Part shown: piece after piece, positions 1-14,701 of the stretch
How positions within the stretch are numbered: position 1 is the stretch's first letter
Layout of the letters: every line of letters starts with the position of its first letter
Source of the DNA: Patescibacteria group bacterium
Lineage (GTDB): Bacteria; Patescibacteriota; WWE3; UBA101185; UBA10185
NCBI GenBank assembly: GCA_049322215.1
Contig: JBMORU010000001.1
Coordinates: forward strand, 65,357 to 129,356
Reading direction: 5' to 3'
Length of the DNA: 64,000 bases
Translations under genes and position numbers: made by a program
The notes under the pieces: generated by a model
The model's input: the letters and a program-made list of their open reading frames with translations, nothing else
What the model was told of the DNA's origin: nothing
The model's database searches: none

Positions 1-36
1 TTAATATAAAGTGTTTTTAATTATATAGCCAGTTTA

Positions 37-2328
37 TTAAGAGTTTATGTTTATTTCTAAAGACTCTTCTTTAGCTTGAGCAGTTAAATTCAAAGGCCGT
101 TTATTAGAGTTTAATATTATTTCTGCAACACTATCTAATAGTTCACTTTCAATTGTCCTGCGTAATGCACGTGCACCATATTCGTCTGAATAACCTTTTT
201 CCAGTAAAAGTTTTTTTGCTTCTGCGGTTACTTTTAGCTTTATACCTTGTTTTCTCAGGTGATCGAGTACATCTTTTAGCAGTACATTTAATATCTTCTT
301 TTGATCTACTTTTTTAAGTTTTTTGAAAACAATTACTTCATCAAAACGATTGATTAGTTCAGGCTTTAGTATTTTCTTTAAATTGTTCCTTAAGTGTTTT
401 TCTATTCTATCGTCAGATATAGGCGCGTTATCAAAACCTATTGTGTTTTCATGAGTTATTTTTGTACCTAAGTTACTCGTTAATACCACTACGGCGTTCG
501 AAAAGTCAAAAGTAGTGCCTTTAGCATCTACTAATTCACCCTCTTCCATAATTTGAAGCAGAATATTTAATACATCATGGTGAGCTTTTTCAATTTCATC
601 AAATAAAACTACTGAGTTAGGGTTTGCATCTATTTTTGTGGTTAATTCACCACCTTCTCCGTATCCTATATATCCCGGAGGAGCCCCCACCAAACGTGCA
701 ATTGTGTGCTTCTCGCCAAAGTCAGACATATCAAGTCGAATTAAAGAATGCGGCCCAAAAGCTTCAGCAGCAAGTAGTTTAGCTAACTCTGTTTTACCAA
801 CCCCTGTAGAACCCAAAAACAAAAAATTACCCAAAGGCCGTTTTTTTGCTCTTAAACCAAGTTTCCCTCTAATTAAAGCTTTAGCTACAGTATCTACAGC
901 ATGATTTTGTCCAATTAATTTCTTTTTTAGTTGCGAAGATAAATTACTCAAACCACTTAAATTTTGCGTGACATTTGACCCTGCATCCTCAGCAACATCA
1001 AACAGCACATAATCTATATCTTTTGTTGATAAAGTAAGTTTTGCTTCATTATCTGAGTTTACAAATAAGTCTTCTTCTAAATGTTTTAAACGGGTTTCTA
1101 GTCTACGAAGTTTAGTGCGTGTCTGTAGTGCAGAGTCATAATCAGAATTATCAAGCAATTTATTAATTTGAGCTCTCAAAAGAAACTCTTTACTTACTAA
1201 TTCCTTATAGCTATCAGGAACACGCTTTTCTTTTACTAACAAATTTGCACAGGCTTGATCTAAAATTTCCAAAGCTTTTTTTGGAAATCTATCTTGTTTT
1301 AATTCCCGCTTAGTAGCCTCATAGGCATGTTTAAAAACTTTACTTGGAATTTTAACATTGTGATGAGCACCTAATATTGCACTTTTTACCGCAAGTATTT
1401 CCATTGTTATCTCCTCGGAAGGTTCATTAACATTTATTAAAGCAAAACCATCGAATATTTGGTCGTTTTCAGAAGAAACCTTATCGTAAAAGGAATTGTT
1501 AATAATTGTTATCATAGGAATGCCTGCAGTTTGTAAGTCAGATTTTAAAATGTTAAATAGCAACGGAACTGTTAAACCTACATTTGTACTTATAAATATA
1601 TTCTGAACGTCTTTTATATACAAAATAACCTTTTTAAAGCTTCTTAGCTCTTCCAGCAATGTTGCTAAACCGTACTCTAACCCTTCTCTATTAGAAATAG
1701 ATGTTATAAAGCCAATTAAATCAAACTCTATAACTTCGTAGTCAACAAGTGCCGGAGGTACTTCCATTAGTTGAATCTGATTAACAAGTAATTCAACCAA
1801 TGTACGCTTGCCTACACCATAATCACCTACAATTAACGGGTTAAAGTCTTCTTTCTGCAGTAAAACTGCAATTATATCTTCGATTTCTTCCCTATATACT
1901 AGGTCTACACGAGCGCTAGATAACTTACGAGAGGTCAAATTTTCACCAAAAGTATCTAATAAAGGCGTTTTCTGAGAATCATGTGAATCGCCACTGTGAG
2001 GAAATGTGCTAAGTTTTACTAATTCACGCTTAATTAGCTCAAAATCAGGAGAATTAGTTAACGAAGCAAGAGCTAATAACAAATGCTCAGTACCAACATA
2101 AACATGACCCAGCTTTAAAGCGTGATAATAGGCTTCTTCCACCATATTATCCATATTTACAGCTCTAGCTCTATTTATGTTTAAACCTGGAATATTCCTT
2201 AGTATCAAAGACGCTAAACCCGAAGTGTTTTGCATTGAATCAAGAACAACTCCAACATCAATGTTAGAAACACCTTCAAGATCACTTAATATGAACTTAG
2301 CTCTTTTTGTTAGCCTGTTTAAACTCAT
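37..2328 (-). CDS. clpC: ClpC/ClpA-family AAA+ unfoldase with degenerate first ATPase module
   Basis: Clp N-repeat (GHVYVGTEHLLLAL), coiled-coil middle domain, intact NBD2 (GSTGVGKTE, VLFDEIEKAH), IGF ClpP-docking loop, YGARALRR. NBD1 Walker B reads ILYIKDVQ. Confidence 0.85.
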   Translation of the reverse strand: MSLNRLTKRAKFILSDLEGVSNIDVGVVLDSMQNTSGLASLILRNIPGLNINRARAVNMDNMVEEAYYHALKLGHVYVGTEHLLLALASLTNSPDFELIKRELVKLSTFPHSGDSHDSQKTPLLDTFGENLTSRKLSSARVDLVYREEIEDIIAVLLQKEDFNPLIVGDYGVGKRTLVELLVNQIQLMEVPPALVDYEVIEFDLIGFITSISNREGLEYGLATLLEELRSFKKVILYIKDVQNIFISTNVGLTVPLLFNILKSDLQTAGIPMITIINNSFYDKVSSENDQIFDGFALINVNEPSEEITMEILAVKSAILGAHHNVKIPSKVFKHAYEATKRELKQDRFPKKALEILDQACANLLVKEKRVPDSYKELVSKEFLLRAQINKLLDNSDYDSALQTRTKLRRLETRLKHLEEDLFVNSDNEAKLTLSTKDIDYVLFDVAEDAGSNVTQNLSGLSNLSSQLKKKLIGQNHAVDTVAKALIRGKLGLRAKKRPLGNFLFLGSTGVGKTELAKLLAAEAFGPHSLIRLDMSDFGEKHTIARLVGAPPGYIGYGEGGELTTKIDANPNSVVLFDEIEKAHHDVLNILLQIMEEGELVDAKGTTFDFSNAVVVLTSNLGTKITHENTIGFDNAPISDDRIEKHLRNNLKKILKPELINRFDEVIVFKKLKKVDQKKILNVLLKDVLDHLRKQGIKLKVTAEAKKLLLEKGYSDEYGARALRRTIESELLDSVAEIILNSNKRPLNLTAQAKEESLEININS

Positions 2329-2412
2329 TTATTTATTTCTGTAGCGGTGATGAAAGCGTAAGCTTTCACCCGCAAAGAAAGAAGATACCACGTACTTTAG
2401 TATGTGGAAGCT

Positions 2413-3525
2413 TCATTCAGAGTCTGCTTGCCTTATACTTAGAGCAAGTTTTTGATTGGTACCGTCTACAAAAGTTACTACCGCAGTAACTTCGTTACCT
2501 TCTTCTAAAGAACCATCCATTTCTGAGATATGAATTAATCCATCTAACCCTTTTTCAAGGTTAACAAAGGCACCAAATGGAACCACTTTACTCACTTTGC
2601 CAGTTACGGTTGTACCTACAGGATATTTTTCTTCAACAGTGTCCCAAGGATTTGGCGTTAAACGTTTTACGCTCAAAGCAAGTTTTTTAGAATCGTCATC
2701 TATTCCTAAAACAACTACACCAATTGGAGACCCTACAGAATAGTAATCACCTGGATGACTTACTTTTTCCCAAGCAATCTCACTAATATGAACTAGACCT
2801 TCTAAGCCTTCCATATCAACAAAAATACCAAAAGGCATTACACCTGTTACAATTCCGTTTAACTTAGCACCTACCTCTACAGAAGCGAGCTTTTCTTCTT
2901 TAACTTCGGGACTATATTCGGTAATCGCATCCTTTTCGGATAAGACTAAACGATTTTTTTCTCGGTCAAATTCAATTACTTTAACTTTTAAAGGTTTTCC
3001 AGCTAAAACTTTTAGTGATTCTTTTAGTTCAGCTTCGCTTCCTGCAGCAAATTTGGCAACATCGTTTGCAAAGTGTACTCTATCTAAGTGAGATAAGGGT
3101 ACAAAACCTCTTAGTCCCATACAGTCAGCTAATAAACCACCTTTGTTGTATTCCAAAATAACAACTTCTAGCACAGAACCATCTTCAAAGGCATCTTCTA
3201 CCACACGCCATTTTCTTTCTTTTTCAGCGCGTTTTAAAGAAAGTACAATATATCCCTGATCGTTTTCTGCTTGTAAAACAGTGGCTAAAACTGTATCACC
3301 AGGGCTTAAATTTTTGTGAGATTTGTCGTTATCACCTAACTCTTCTCCGGTTATAATACCTTCAGATTTAGCACCAACGTCTAACAACAATTCGCCATGG
3401 TCAACACTAACCACAATACCTTCTACTAATTCTCCTGGATAAAATTGCTTAATTTCAAGATTCTTGTCTTTTAAGAGCTTGGTCATTATAGAATCTTCTT
3501 TATGTATTTCACGAGCTTTTGACAT
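2413..3525 (-). CDS. rpsA: 30S ribosomal protein S1 (short form, about four S1 domains)
   Basis: Repeated S1 motifs (GFVPLSHL, FGIFVD..GLEGLVHISEI, FGAFVNL..GLDGLIHISE). Confidence 0.92.
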   Translation of the reverse strand: MSKAREIHKEDSIMTKLLKDKNLEIKQFYPGELVEGIVVSVDHGELLLDVGAKSEGIITGEELGDNDKSHKNLSPGDTVLATVLQAENDQGYIVLSLKRAEKERKWRVVEDAFEDGSVLEVVILEYNKGGLLADCMGLRGFVPLSHLDRVHFANDVAKFAAGSEAELKESLKVLAGKPLKVKVIEFDREKNRLVLSEKDAITEYSPEVKEEKLASVEVGAKLNGIVTGVMPFGIFVDMEGLEGLVHISEIAWEKVSHPGDYYSVGSPIGVVVLGIDDDSKKLALSVKRLTPNPWDTVEEKYPVGTTVTGKVSKVVPFGAFVNLEKGLDGLIHISEMDGSLEEGNEVTAVVTFVDGTNQKLALSIRQADSE

Positions 3526-3571
3526 AATATATTTCGTTCACCAAAGATTAAATTATTATAATCCGGTTGGT

Positions 3572-3650
3572 TTTGTGTTGCTAAATTTAATACTTTAGTG
3601 ATAATGACAACACAAACGAGGTAAATCACTAGTGCGGGGGGATTATAACG
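3572..3650 (-). promoter_or_regulatory. rpsA promoter and structured 5' leader
   Basis: TATAAT near 3643-3648 on the minus strand; 9-bp inverted repeat TTTGTGTTG (3572-3580) / CAACACAAA (3608-3616) in the leader. Confidence 0.45.
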
Positions 3651-3677
3651 TATTTATAAAGATACGTCGAGAATAAC

Positions 3678-3726
3678 AAAAAAAAGACGAGTTTTAACCT
3701 AACTTATTAATAAGCTAAAACTCGTC
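3678..3726 (-). terminator. Long hairpin terminator of orphan 3728-4135
   Basis: GACGAGTTTTA...TAAAACTCGTC arms with an inner palindrome, followed by a T-run on the minus strand right after the stop. Confidence 0.75.
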
Positions 3727-3727
3727 A

Positions 3728-4135
3728 TTAATGCACATAGGCTGCGTGTTTGGCAAAAAATGTTTGAGCAGATGAAAATCCCGGAGGATCAAAAGCTTCA
3801 AACACTTGCCTAAAAGTGAATCCCATGTTTTCACCGTCTTTTAATGCAAGGCGAAAATTACCCAGATATCTAACAAAAAACCTAAAAATCAAGGTGTGTA
3901 TAAATATAACACCAGGACTTTTGAAGTTTCCTTTTACCTGTAGGTTATTAACTAGCTCTTCAAATTCGGGATTGCTTAGTAAACCACGTAGATAAAAGGT
4001 GAGAATTTGGTTGTACCGGCGTGCTGTAACTAAATCAAACACAACCAGTATTGGGTTTCCGTCCAGATCGGGTATAGAAAAAGAATCACCCTCTTTCGCG
4101 AGCCTATAAATGCGTTTAGGATCGTATTTGTGCAT
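3728..4135 (-). CDS. Hypothetical orphan protein (self-contained unit)
   Basis: 135-aa ORF; AAGGAG SD at 4144-4149; extended -10 TGTGCTAAGAT at 4179-4189; own terminator. Confidence 0.7.
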   Translation of the reverse strand: MHKYDPKRIYRLAKEGDSFSIPDLDGNPILVVFDLVTARRYNQILTFYLRGLLSNPEFEELVNNLQVKGNFKSPGVIFIHTLIFRFFVRYLGNFRLALKDGENMGFTFRQVFEAFDPPGFSSAQTFFAKHAAYVH

Positions 4136-4192
4136 TTGTCACTCTCCTTTTGCATTTGTATATAACGTAATTGCCACAATCTTAGCACAGTT

Positions 4193-4225
4193 AAAAAAAA
4201 TCGCCCTTGTGTTGGCGATAAAAAA
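4193..4225 (-). terminator. rRNA operon terminator downstream of 5S
   Basis: ATCGCC...GGCGAT stem flanked by A-runs on the plus strand, giving a U-tail on the minus strand. Confidence 0.65.
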
Positions 4226-4312
4226 CTTATGTATACAATTCCGGTTAGAATATAGTTATCCACTAGGTCATCGAAGAGACTGTGGGCACTTTGCTTACAC
4301 AAAACACGCACA

Positions 4313-4429
<117 letters not shown>

Positions 4430-4614
4430 TATATACATAAATTTTTAAACTGCTAATTAGATTAGCTCATGCGCCTTTTCTCGTTCCAAGAAAGCAACCA
4501 AAAAAGGCGAAAAAGCCAACCTAATTAAAATTTGCATTACGTAAATAGCAAAAAGTCGAGTGCTTTTTACCAATGGTAAAAAGCCGTAGAAACTTTAACA
4601 CATAAACATTGTTT

Positions 4615-7632
<3,018 letters not shown>

Positions 7633-7912
7633 GATATTTAAGAGAATACGCAATTTATATTCAGAGAACACAAATCACGGTATATATTAAAGTCTCGTTG
7701 ACTTTTTACCTTAGTTTTAAAACATAAAGTAAAAAGCGTTTGAGTGACTTTTTGCTATTTGCCTAATGCAAATAAAGAATAAGTCATTTATTCTATATTA
7801 AGTTTACAAAGTACCTCTTTTTACAGAGTCAAAGTTAAAAACTTAATAAACTATATTAAGTTCTTAAATTTAACTACGTACCCAAATTTACAAGCTAAGC
7901 TATGCGATAACT

Positions 7913-7989
7913 TGGTGGACCCGACGGGAGTCGAACCCGTGACCTCCGCAGTGCAAATGCGGCGCTCTAGCCAACTGAGCTACAGGCCC
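7913..7989 (-). tRNA. tRNA-Ala(TGC)
   Basis: Cloverleaf, anticodon arm ccgca-ttTGCac-tgcgg, G3:U70 pair, encoded CCA. Confidence 0.95.
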
Positions 7990-8135
7990 TCGCCTGTTTA
8001 GTTAAAATATTAATGTTAAGTTGGAATTAAGAGCTTCCGTCAAAAAGCTTTAAACCCGAAAAATCGAGTAGAAGGTAAATTCCCATTCCGTAGGAGTAAA
8101 TTATCACTTTGAGTAAACAATGTCAATAAAATTAA

Positions 8136-8178
8136 TGGGTCTAAAGTTTATAGCAAAAAACTAAAAACTTTAAACCCA
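8136..8178 (-). terminator. Long hairpin downstream of orphan 8202-8588
   Basis: TGGGTTTAAAGTTT...AAACTTTAGACCCA arms on the minus strand; weak U-tail. Confidence 0.6.
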
Positions 8179-8201
8179 AATGTGTCAGAAATGGTTATTG
8201 A

Positions 8202-8588
8202 CTACGCAAGAACAAGCTTACCGTGCCGAGAACTTTTAACAGTATAAGTTTTGCCGCACAAGTGCACAAGCTCCCCTTTAGAAATGTGTGCCATTCCGTA
8301 AACAGTTTGCGCACCACCGCTACCACCAACTTGAACAGAATACTGGCTGTAACCGTTTGAACTTCGAGTATGCAACTGAACTGGCCCCTTATAGGACTGA
8401 AGCTGCAATGACCGACGATCAGTAAAACGCACCCAAAAAGTATCTCCATCGTAAGTTACTGAGTCACCATAGTTTAAACGTTTTGGTCCAAACAATGCTG
8501 TGGGGAGTTTTACGCCATCAACATAAACGTTATTGTACTTTTTTTGCTGACCATTACCTTGCCCTGTCAAAGTATCTTTCTTAGACAT
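8202..8588 (-). CDS. Hypothetical orphan protein inside the rRNA spacer (self-contained unit)
   Basis: 128-aa ORF; SD AAGGAG at 8594-8599; TTGACA(8671-8676)-17 bp-TACCAT(8648-8653) promoter; motif variant CCCTATAAC at 8631-8639. Confidence 0.72.
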   Translation of the reverse strand: MSKKDTLTGQGNGQQKKYNNVYVDGVKLPTALFGPKRLNYGDSVTYDGDTFWVRFTDRRSLQLQSYKGPVQLHTRSSNGYSQYSVQVGGSGGAQTVYGMAHISKGELVHLCGKTYTVKSSRHGKLVLA

Positions 8589-8747
8589 TGTCTCTCCTTA
8601 GATAAATATTGGGATTTGTAAATTTCCTATGTTATAGGGTAAGGGCTATGGTAAAACATTGTATTGGCGTTGTCAATTAAGCAAAAACTATTACATACTC
8701 TTTACATATTCATGTTAATATATTAAAACGTATATGCCCTTTAGTAA

Positions 8748-8824
8748 GGGCTCGTAGCTCAGTTGGTTAGAGCGCTCCTCTGATAAGGGAGAGGTCGATG
8801 GTTCGAATCCATCCGAGCCCACCA
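8748..8824 (+). tRNA. tRNA-Ile(GAT), opposite strand to the rRNA genes
   Basis: Cloverleaf, anticodon arm ctcct-ctGATaa-gggag, encoded CCA. Confidence 0.95.
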
Positions 8825-8889
8825 AGCTGTAAATCCACTAAACAAGTTAATATAAAACTTTAAAAAAAAGAGCACCGGAGTGCTAACTT

Positions 8890-9303
8890 TTATTTGTTGT
8901 TAATAAATTCTAAAACAGGAGAAGCTAGATCGTAATAGACAAAATTAGAAAATAAGTCAGGTTCTACCCATCTAAACTGTTCAACTTCAGAAGTATCAAT
9001 TAACAATGTATATGCTTCAGACACTAGAGTACAAGCAAAGTAATGCAATACTACTTTTTGTGAGGGAATAATAATTTCATGAATTTTGCGAACTACCGAA
9101 ACTTCATGTCCAGTTTCTTCGTATGCTTCACGTACTGCTGCCTCTTCATGAGTTTCATCATCATAAACTTTACCCCCAGGAAATGTCCAGGAGAGTCTAT
9201 TTTCTAACCCATGTAATGAGGGATCATAGCGTTTTACTAACAAAACGCTGCCTGTAGGGTTTTTAACTACAGATAAAGCTACTTGTGTTTGATTATCTTC
9301 CAT
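8890..9303 (-). CDS. NUDIX hydrolase (MutT-like)
   Basis: Nudix box GGKVYDDETHEEAAVREAYEETG. Confidence 0.9.
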   Translation of the reverse strand: MEDNQTQVALSVVKNPTGSVLLVKRYDPSLHGLENRLSWTFPGGKVYDDETHEEAAVREAYEETGHEVSVVRKIHEIIIPSQKVVLHYFACTLVSEAYTLLIDTSEVEQFRWVEPDLFSNFVYYDLASPVLEFINNK

Positions 9304-9571
9304 AAATTATCTTAATTTCTATATCGTTTACACTTAGCGCTTCAAGGAATAATAAGCAAAAAGAATGTCTCATTTAAGGGTTTAGGCTCACCCTTGAACC
9401 TGCTCATCCAACCCCGTGAGGGGGGTGGTGTACAACTACTACCTATGAGCTGCTCGATAGTAGCGTATGTTTTTTCTTTCATCGGTCTTTTTAAGACACA
9501 CTGTCAAACACAAAGGATTGACCATCTTAAAAAGGTTCCGCGATCAAAAACATAATATTCTTTCTCTTTAG

Positions 9572-11036
<1,465 letters not shown>

Positions 11037-11103
11037 AACATTCTTTTTGCTTGCCATTCCTCGAAATAACAAGCATTCTTGAATACTAAGTAATATTAAA
11101 AAA

Positions 11104-11147
11104 TCAAAGAGCAAATCAGATTATACTGAGATTCACGCTTCCCGCAA
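11104..11147 (-). promoter_or_regulatory. 16S rRNA promoter and boxA antitermination element
   Basis: TTGCGG-16 bp-TATAAT followed by TGCTCTTTGA (boxA-like) on the minus strand. Confidence 0.65.
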
Positions 11148-11266
11148 GATACCAATAAATAAGATAATAGTCAACAACTCACTACTTATTAGTTTCAGCG
11201 TAGTATCTACTATAAATAGAATTTAGATAATTGCAAATTTATCTATGTTTAAGGTAACTATTAAGA

Positions 11267-13618
11267 ATGCAAAAAGCGATCGTAGTTTCTATGCTCATTA
11301 TTACATTTTTCTCTATAAATACAAGTAAAGCTTTTGGACAAGAAATAATACCTACTACAGAAAATGGCTTTTACATTACCTCTGTCGAAATTACACCTTG
11401 GGGAATTATGAGTGGAGAATTTGATCAACGCGCGTGGAAAAACCCTTTTAATGGCATAAAAATTTCAAAAGATAAAGGCGTCTCCTGGACAGCGTCAGGA
11501 CTAAAAAATAGAGGTATTACAGATTTACACTACCAAAACGGTATTATATATGCAGCTACATACTATTTTGTAGAACAAGAAGCCGGTCTTTTTGTATCTT
11601 ACGATGCAGGAATAAACTGGACACATTTAGGGAACAACTTTTCAACTACAAAAGTAACTACAAGCAACGACACTATTTACCTAGGAACATATAGCCATGG
11701 GCTATGGAAGCATAGCAACGCAACAGGGTGGAAACAACTCATTGGCGATGGTTACTTTGGCCCTAAAATAACCCTCATAAAAGCAAAAGACAGCTACATA
11801 GTTGCACAAACATCGGTAGGTGTTTATGAATCAAATGATTTTGGAGAAACCTGGACAGTACCAGAAGTTTTTAAACAAACTACTATAAACGACGTTATCT
11901 TTATAGACGAGTTAACTATAGCTGCTACTAAAACTGGAATTTATACATCATCAGATAAGGGTATTACGTGGAATAAACAAAACAGTTTGAATGAAAAAAA
12001 CATAACAACATTATTCGCAACACCCAAACACATGTACGCCAGTGTTGAACAAAAACCTAATGAATTTGAGCTTTTGGTATCTTTAAACTCAGGAACTACT
12101 TGGAATAAATTTGCAACATTACCCATAAACAAGCCAAATGCCATAAAAGACATGACTTATATGTTTTCATTTCCATCAAAAATATATTTTGTGAGCCAAA
12201 CAAACGGAATATTTTACTTTTTAGAAGAATCAAACAACATAAAGGAGCCTTTGCTTAGAATTCCATGGCACTATAAAAAAGAATCTGAACTTGTCTCAAC
12301 TATAACATCTTATTTTGATCACGAATATCCATTCTCCGGGTATAAATACTACACAGAACCACCAGCTGTTAATGCAACAACTGTAAATTATCTTGGACAA
12401 AGAGCCAGAGAACCAATTTTATACTATAGTAAACACGATGGTGTGGATTTTGCACTGCCTTACGGTACTGAAATTGTAGCGGCACATTCTGGGCAGGCAA
12501 CTTATGCGTACGAAGAAAATGGTTTGGGTCATCATATAAATGTAGTCAGCGAAAACGGATTTCAAACTACATATGCACATATGCAAGAAAGTGGTTTAGC
12601 CACTAAAACAACTACTTGGATTGAAGAAGGAAATAAAGTTGGATTAGTAGGACTAACAGGAAAAACTACAGGACCCCACTTACACTTTGCAGTAACATAC
12701 GACAAAAATGAAAATGAAAACTTTACTGATAATGAAACAAATGGAAAAACAGATCCTTTTGGATGGCAAACACCGTTTTATGCTGATCCATGGGCAACAT
12801 ACACCTGGTTGGATAGTTTAGGTACCCATAACGGCATGGAAAGCTATTATATGTGGAAAAACAACCTACCAAAAAGCACTTTTAATATTACTAACAATTT
12901 GCAAAATATCACGCACGAAAACATAAGTATGCAGCTTCCTGAAAACTTTACACAACACGAAATCACTATTTCTATTCAAAACCATTCGATACCTGCAGTA
13001 CCACCTGAAAAAAACAAACTTGTTTATATAACAGGAACATCCTTTTTACTTAATGCCTACAACAACTTAGGGCAAGAACCTCCCGAGTTTTTAAAGCCTG
13101 TTCGAATTGAAATTGACTTTAGTGAAGCTGATTTACAAAACATTTTGCTGAATACACTTAGTATTTACTACCTAAATGACTCAACAAACAGTTGGGAAAA
13201 AGTTAACTCAGTATTAGATTTAGTAAACAAAAAACTTACAGCAGAAACTTCCCACTTTTCAAACTATGCTGTTTTTGCTGAAAAAATAGATTATGACGCC
13301 CCAAATACAATCATTGCAGTAATAGGTGCAAAAACAGGAAACTGGTTTACACAGTATCCAACTATAGAACTTAGTTATAATGATGCAGACGTTAACTATG
13401 TGTTTTATAAATTAAACAACGAAGTTACTTGGCGTGAGTATAGTGAACCATTTGAACTACAAAAAGAAGGAATAAATAAAATAGAATATAAGGCGGTAGA
13501 TGGCAACAACAACTGGGAAAATGCACACGACATTGTTATACCTATAGATACGAAAAATAAATGGAAAGATACTTCCAAGGTCTCAGAAATAGTAGTTGGC
13601 ACTGAAACTCAAAATTAA
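11267..13618 (+). CDS. Secreted multidomain protein: BNR/Asp-box propeller + M23 metallopeptidase + C-terminal beta-sandwich domains
   Basis: Signal peptide; five SxDxGxxW-like repeats; HDGVD, YAH and GPHLH zinc motifs; TSHFSNYAV and Ig-like tail. Confidence 0.8.
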   Translation: MQKAIVVSMLIITFFSINTSKAFGQEIIPTTENGFYITSVEITPWGIMSGEFDQRAWKNPFNGIKISKDKGVSWTASGLKNRGITDLHYQNGIIYAATYYFVEQEAGLFVSYDAGINWTHLGNNFSTTKVTTSNDTIYLGTYSHGLWKHSNATGWKQLIGDGYFGPKITLIKAKDSYIVAQTSVGVYESNDFGETWTVPEVFKQTTINDVIFIDELTIAATKTGIYTSSDKGITWNKQNSLNEKNITTLFATPKHMYASVEQKPNEFELLVSLNSGTTWNKFATLPINKPNAIKDMTYMFSFPSKIYFVSQTNGIFYFLEESNNIKEPLLRIPWHYKKESELVSTITSYFDHEYPFSGYKYYTEPPAVNATTVNYLGQRAREPILYYSKHDGVDFALPYGTEIVAAHSGQATYAYEENGLGHHINVVSENGFQTTYAHMQESGLATKTTTWIEEGNKVGLVGLTGKTTGPHLHFAVTYDKNENENFTDNETNGKTDPFGWQTPFYADPWATYTWLDSLGTHNGMESYYMWKNNLPKSTFNITNNLQNITHENISMQLPENFTQHEITISIQNHSIPAVPPEKNKLVYITGTSFLLNAYNNLGQEPPEFLKPVRIEIDFSEADLQNILLNTLSIYYLNDSTNSWEKVNSVLDLVNKKLTAETSHFSNYAVFAEKIDYDAPNTIIAVIGAKTGNWFTQYPTIELSYNDADVNYVFYKLNNEVTWREYSEPFELQKEGINKIEYKAVDGNNNWENAHDIVIPIDTKNKWKDTSKVSEIVVGTETQN

Positions 13619-14673
13619 AAGGTAATAACACCACCACCAATTACCAAGTCTTTTTTGTAAACTACAGCACTTTGACCTTCAGCAACACCAAATACAGGTT
13701 TTGCTAGTTTAATTGTCCAAACCCCATTATTTTCTTCAAGAGTACCTTTATGAAACTCACCTAAATGCCTAATTCTTATTAAATATTCACCACCTTCAAT
13801 AGGTCTTTCATTTATCCAATGCGAGTCTTTTATGTTAAATATGTCAAACTTACAATCCTCTTTAGTTCCAACAACAATTTGATTTTTGGGTACAATTTTT
13901 TTGACCACATATAAAGGCGCACCGTGATAAGTTTTTGTGCTAAATCCGTGTCTTTGACCAATTGTGTAAAAAGGTATTCCATCATGCTCTCCAATTACAT
14001 TACCTTCTAAATCAAGTACCTCACCTTTTTTCTCTTTAATGCGCTTTTTTAAAAAGTCAGATATTTTTACTTCGCCAATAAAACAAATACCCACGCTGTC
14101 GGGCTTATCAAAAGTATGGAGTCCTACCTTTTCTGCTGTTTTTCGAACTTCTTCTTTTTTTAACGCGCCAAGAGGAAACAGCGTTTTTTCTAATACATGT
14201 TGCTCAAGCAAATACAAAAAGTAAGACTGATCTTTGCTATCATCAACCCCCTTTAATAAATCACCATTTTGAGAGCGTGCGTAATGCCCTGTTGCCACAT
14301 AATCAAACTCATTTTCTATAGCCCAATCAAAAAACAAACCAAACTTAATTTCTTTATTGCACATTACATCGGGGTTAGGAGTACGACCTAATTCATACTC
14401 TTTGTAAAAGTAATCAATGACTCTATTTTTATAAGCTTCAATAAAATCTAAATATTCAAACTTTATACCAAGTTTAGAAGCAACTTTCACCGCATCAGCC
14501 CTATCTTCGTCGGCTTTACAACCATCTGCTTTGGAATCCCAACATTGCATATAAATTCCGGTTACATCGTAACCTTGCTCTTTTAATAAATATGCAGCAA
14601 CAGAAGAATCAACCCCACCACTGAGGCCAACTGCAACTTTTATTAAAGTATTTGCATTTTGTGCTTTCATCAA
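13615..14673 (-). CDS. mnmA: tRNA 2-thiouridylase MnmA
   Basis: SGGVDSSV PP-loop, TPNPDVMCN, ATGHYA, KDQSYFL, GICFIG. Confidence 0.96.
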   Translation of the reverse strand: MMKAQNANTLIKVAVGLSGGVDSSVAAYLLKEQGYDVTGIYMQCWDSKADGCKADEDRADAVKVASKLGIKFEYLDFIEAYKNRVIDYFYKEYELGRTPNPDVMCNKEIKFGLFFDWAIENEFDYVATGHYARSQNGDLLKGVDDSKDQSYFLYLLEQHVLEKTLFPLGALKKEEVRKTAEKVGLHTFDKPDSVGICFIGEVKISDFLKKRIKEKKGEVLDLEGNVIGEHDGIPFYTIGQRHGFSTKTYHGAPLYVVKKIVPKNQIVVGTKEDCKFDIFNIKDSHWINERPIEGGEYLIRIRHLGEFHKGTLEENNGVWTIKLAKPVFGVAEGQSAVVYKKDLVIGGGVITF

Positions 14674-14701
14674 ATGAAATTATACACGTGTGTAATAATT
14701 A

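Noticed and set aside
2340-2410. Two hairpins between rpsA and clpC as a riboswitch
   Set aside because: No recognisable aptamer consensus; more simply an mRNA stability or attenuation structure.
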